Of a DNA stretch of 64,000 nucleotides, positions 61,313-64,000 are shown piece by piece. This DNA comes from Candidatus Nealsonbacteria bacterium (GTDB taxonomy: Bacteria > Patescibacteriota > Minisyncoccia > Minisyncoccales > RBG-13-42-11): positions 5,142-69,141 of the forward strand of contig JAPLXL010000002.1 of NCBI GenBank assembly GCA_026396115.1, written 5' to 3'. Position 1 is the first letter of the stretch. Every line of letters begins with the position of its first letter. A model generated the notes under the pieces. It saw only the letters and a program-made list of their open reading frames with translations. It did no database searches and was not told where the DNA came from. The position numbers and the translations under genes were made by a program.

Positions 61313-61351
61313 ACTTGCAAAACAAGAAAAACTAAGTATAATTAAAATAGT

Positions 61352-61897
61352 ATGAAATCGTTTTTAGTATTTATCTGGGAAATCGCAAAAATAGTAATCA
61401 TTGCCCTATTGATTGTCGTTCCCATTCGCTATTTTGTTTTTCAGCCATTTTTTGTAAAGGGTCAGTCAATGGAGCCAAATTTTGGCAATGGCGATTATCT
61501 GATTGTTGACGAAATTACTTACAGATTCAGACCGCCGCAACGGGGAGAAGTAATTGTTTTTAAATATCCCAATGATCCCTCCCAGCGTTATATTAAAAGG
61601 ATTATTGGTCTTCCCGGAGAAACAATAGAAATAGAAGAGGGAAAAGTGATAATTTATAATGAAGAGGGAGGGAGAATGTTAGAAGAGTCAGATTATCTTT
61701 CATCCTCTGTTTCCACTTCGGGAAGTCTTCGCATAACCTTAGACGGAGATGAATATTTTGTTTTGGGAGACAACAGAGTTGCTTCATCAGATTCAAGGCG
61801 ATGGGGTTCGTTGCCTCAGGAAAATATTATTGGTCGGGTTTTAATTAGAGTTTGGCCGTTTGTTACCTTTGCCAAAATTGAAATCCCCAATTACTAA
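61352..61897 (+). CDS. lepB: Signal peptidase I
   Basis: N-terminal TM helix, GQSMEPNF (catalytic Ser), YIKRIIGLPGE (Lys box) and GDNRVASSDSR. Confidence 0.92.
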   Translation: MKSFLVFIWEIAKIVIIALLIVVPIRYFVFQPFFVKGQSMEPNFGNGDYLIVDEITYRFRPPQRGEVIVFKYPNDPSQRYIKRIIGLPGETIEIEEGKVIIYNEEGGRMLEESDYLSSSVSTSGSLRITLDGDEYFVLGDNRVASSDSRRWGSLPQENIIGRVLIRVWPFVTFAKIEIPNY

Positions 61898-61900
61898 AAA

Positions 61901-62003
61901 GGCGAAGAGGGCTTCACCCTCTTCTTAATCTACCGAAGCTTCAGCTGAGGTGGAGAAGAATGAATGTTCTTCGATTCGCTTTCGCTGCGCGAAAGCTCGA
62001 TAT
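61901..62003. repeat. Family A composite (A3) filling the lepB/hisS spacer
   Basis: GGCGAAGAGGGCTTCACCCTCTTC...CTACCGAAGCTTCAGCTGAGGTG...TTCGCTTTCGCTGCGCGAAAGCTCGATAT, followed directly by ATG. Confidence 0.9.
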
Positions 62004-63284
62004 ATGAAAAAACCAAAATTTCAAAGACCGACCGGAATGCACGATATTTTACCGGAAGATCAGGGATATTTTCAAAAAATTTATAATGTTTGTGAAACGG
62101 TGGCTAATTTTTACGGATTTAAAAAAATAGACACTCCAATTTTGGAAGATACAGCTCTTTATGAAAAAGGGACCGGGCTGGCAACCGACATTGTTCAAAA
62201 GCAAATGTTTACTCTTCGAACAAAAGGAAGAAATTATTTAACCTTAAGACCAGAATTTACTCCGGGGATAATAAGAGCTTATTTGGAACACGGAATGCAA
62301 ACTCTGCCTCAGCCCATAAAATTATATTCATCGGGACCGGCATTTAGATATGAACATCCTCAGGCAGGAAGATATCGCCAGTTTCATCAATTTAATCTTG
62401 AGGTTATTGGAGATGGTAATTCGGTTATTGATGCCCAAGTCATTCAGATTTTTTATAATATTTTAACTGAAATTAAATTAAAAAAATTAATTGTAGAGAT
62501 AAACAGCATTGGCGACAATCAGTGTCGGCCATATTATAAAAAACTTTTACTAAGCTATCTTAAATCAAGAGATTTGTCTTTATGTGTTGATTGTCGTCGC
62601 AGATTAAGAGAGAACCCTTTAAGAGTTTTGGATTGTAAAGAGGAAAAATGTCAAAGAATAGTAAGTCAAGCGCCGCAAATGATCGACCATCTTTGCCAAG
62701 AATGTCATGATCATTTTAAGGGAGTTTTAGAATTTCTTGATGAGATTGAATTACCTTATCGTTTAAATCCTTATCTGGTGAGAGGGCTGGATTATTATAC
62801 TAAAACAGTTTTTGAAATATTTGAAGACACAGAAGAAGGAAGAAAAATGGGGAGCCTATCAGGCGGAGGAAGATACGATGCTTTAGTAAAATTGTTAGGC
62901 GGAGAAGATACAAAAGCTATTGGGGGAGCAATGGGTATAGAAAGAGTGATTGCCACAATTAAATCTAAAAAAATAAAAACCCAAAAGCCCTCCAATCCTC
63001 CAATTTTCTTGGCCCAACTTGGTATAATGGCAAAAAGAAAAAGTTTAAAACTTCTAGAGGATTTTAGAAAAGTTAAAATTCAGGTGGCAGAATCTTTTGG
63101 AAGAGATTCATTAAAAGCTCAGCTAAAAATAGCAGATAGGCTGGGAGTAAAATATACGCTTCTTTTGGGCCAAAAAGAGGTCTTAGAAGAGACAATTATA
63201 ATCAGAGATATGAAAATAGGCAGGCAAGAAACAGTGAAATTGGAAAAAGTAGTGAGAGAAATGCAGAAACGACTTAAAAAATGA
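62004..63284 (+). CDS. hisS: Histidine--tRNA ligase
   Basis: RPTGMHDILP N-terminus with class II motifs. Start at ATG 62004, since upstream track codons are repeat DNA. Confidence 0.93.
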   Translation: MKKPKFQRPTGMHDILPEDQGYFQKIYNVCETVANFYGFKKIDTPILEDTALYEKGTGLATDIVQKQMFTLRTKGRNYLTLRPEFTPGIIRAYLEHGMQTLPQPIKLYSSGPAFRYEHPQAGRYRQFHQFNLEVIGDGNSVIDAQVIQIFYNILTEIKLKKLIVEINSIGDNQCRPYYKKLLLSYLKSRDLSLCVDCRRRLRENPLRVLDCKEEKCQRIVSQAPQMIDHLCQECHDHFKGVLEFLDEIELPYRLNPYLVRGLDYYTKTVFEIFEDTEEGRKMGSLSGGGRYDALVKLLGGEDTKAIGGAMGIERVIATIKSKKIKTQKPSNPPIFLAQLGIMAKRKSLKLLEDFRKVKIQVAESFGRDSLKAQLKIADRLGVKYTLLLGQKEVLEETIIIRDMKIGRQETVKLEKVVREMQKRLKK

Positions 63285-63308
63285 AATAAATTAAAAATTC
63301 ATTGAACA

Positions 63309-63653
63309 ATGAAAAATTGTATTTTTTGTAAAATCGTAAATAAAGAAATACCAGCTGAGTTCGTTTATGAAGATGAAGAAATTTTAGGTTTTAAAAATAT
63401 TCATCCCGAAGCCCCTATTCACTTTCTTTTAATTCCTAAAAGGCATATTGTTTGGAAAGACGAATTTGATGAAGAAGATTTAACTCTTTTAGGTCGGCTT
63501 CTCTCAACTGCTAAAAAAATATCAAAAGAGAAAAAAGTTTTTGAGGCCTGCAAACTGATTTTTAATGTTGGAAAAACTGGACACATTACTCATATCCATG
63601 TTCATCTTTTGGGCGGTTGGGGAGAAGAAAAAATTCCAAAGTATAATGTTTAA
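63309..63653 (+). CDS. HIT family (histidine triad) protein
   Basis: CIFCKI N-terminus and the HIHVHLLGG triad. Confidence 0.9.
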   Translation: MKNCIFCKIVNKEIPAEFVYEDEEILGFKNIHPEAPIHFLLIPKRHIVWKDEFDEEDLTLLGRLLSTAKKISKEKKVFEACKLIFNVGKTGHITHIHVHLLGGWGEEKIPKYNV

Positions 63654-63687
63654 TGAATTTTTAATTCATTTCAATGTTTAATTTCAT

Positions 63688-63909
63688 ATGTCATTAGAAG
63701 TAAAAAAACAAGAAAGAGAGAATTCTCAAAGTTTAATTCGCCGCTTTAGAAAAAAAGTTCAAAAAAGCGGTATTTTACTTAGAGCGAGAAAGATTCGTTT
63801 TCGTCAACGTTCTAAAAACAAAGAGATGAGAAAGAGAACGGCTTTAAGAAAAGAAAAACTAAAAGCAGAATACGAAAAGCTTGAAAAGTTAGGGTTGTCC
63901 AAAAAGTAA
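63688..63909 (+). CDS. rpsU: 30S ribosomal protein S21
   Basis: Basic 73 aa. SLIRRFRKKVQKSGILLRARKIRF is a typical S21 sequence. Confidence 0.85.
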   Translation: MSLEVKKQERENSQSLIRRFRKKVQKSGILLRARKIRFRQRSKNKEMRKRTALRKEKLKAEYEKLEKLGLSKK

Positions 63910-63914
63910 AAATT

Positions 63915-64000
63915 ATGGAGCTAAAAGAGAAGATTAGATTAAACCTTAATTCGGCGCTGAAAGAAAAGAGAACATTGGAGGTTTTAGTTTTAAGGCAGCT
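63915..64000 (+). CDS. GatB/YqeY domain protein, N-terminal fragment (continues past window)
   Basis: MELKEKIRLNLNSALKEKRTLEVLVLRQ matches the YqeY N-terminal pattern, and the rpsU-yqeY order is common. Confidence 0.6.
   Translation, partial: MELKEKIRLNLNSALKEKRTLEVLVLRQ

Noticed and set aside
1-64000. Alternative genetic code (UGA recoding, as in some candidate phyla).
   Set aside because: Conserved full-length genes terminate at TGA at the expected length (for example hisS at 63282-63284), and no conserved gene is interrupted by in-frame TGA.

Overview
AT-rich (about one-third G+C by eye, not computed), very gene-dense 64-kb chromosomal window that uses the standard code (conserved genes such as hisS end at TGA). 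Gene content and style fit a small-genome, probably Patescibacteria/CPR-like bacterium; that placement is inference. The content is mostly housekeeping. It includes 6 aminoacyl-tRNA synthetases (argS, ileS, glyQS, metG, leuS, hisS) and DNA repair/replication genes (holA, uvrB, recO, polX, EndoQ-like, mfd, dprA, topA). It also has RNA repair/modification genes (archease-rtcB, rtcA, Elp3-like, rsmI, tsaC) and an ispG-ispH-ispD-ispE MEP operon. Cell-wall precursor genes are present (murE-like, glmS, murA, glmU-like), as are hppA, iorAB, ribosomal proteins S20/L20/L35/S21, infC, smpB+tmRNA, tRNA-Arg(CCG) and tRNA-Leu(CAA). I saw no rRNA, CRISPR array, transposase or integrase. The most unusual feature is a dense population (at least 17 loci) of short, modular, GC-richer hairpin elements (family A). 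They fill most intergenic spacers, nest inside one another, and abut start codons. They supply C-terminal tails or stop codons. They also sit in-frame inside essential genes (holA, uvrB, archease, ileS, recO, topA), reminiscent of Rickettsia palindromic elements. One 1.7-kb surface-protein gene is exactly bracketed by 86/101-nt inverted copies. A second hairpin family (metG, iorA) and heptanucleotide arrays also occur inside synthetase genes. Two small GC-rich islands (53.08-53.79 kb and 60.08-60.63 kb) carry their own consensus promoter, strong Shine-Dalgarno, small ORF and terminator, whereas host genes mostly lack SD sequences. All coordinates of non-ORF features were counted by hand and may be off by a few nt.
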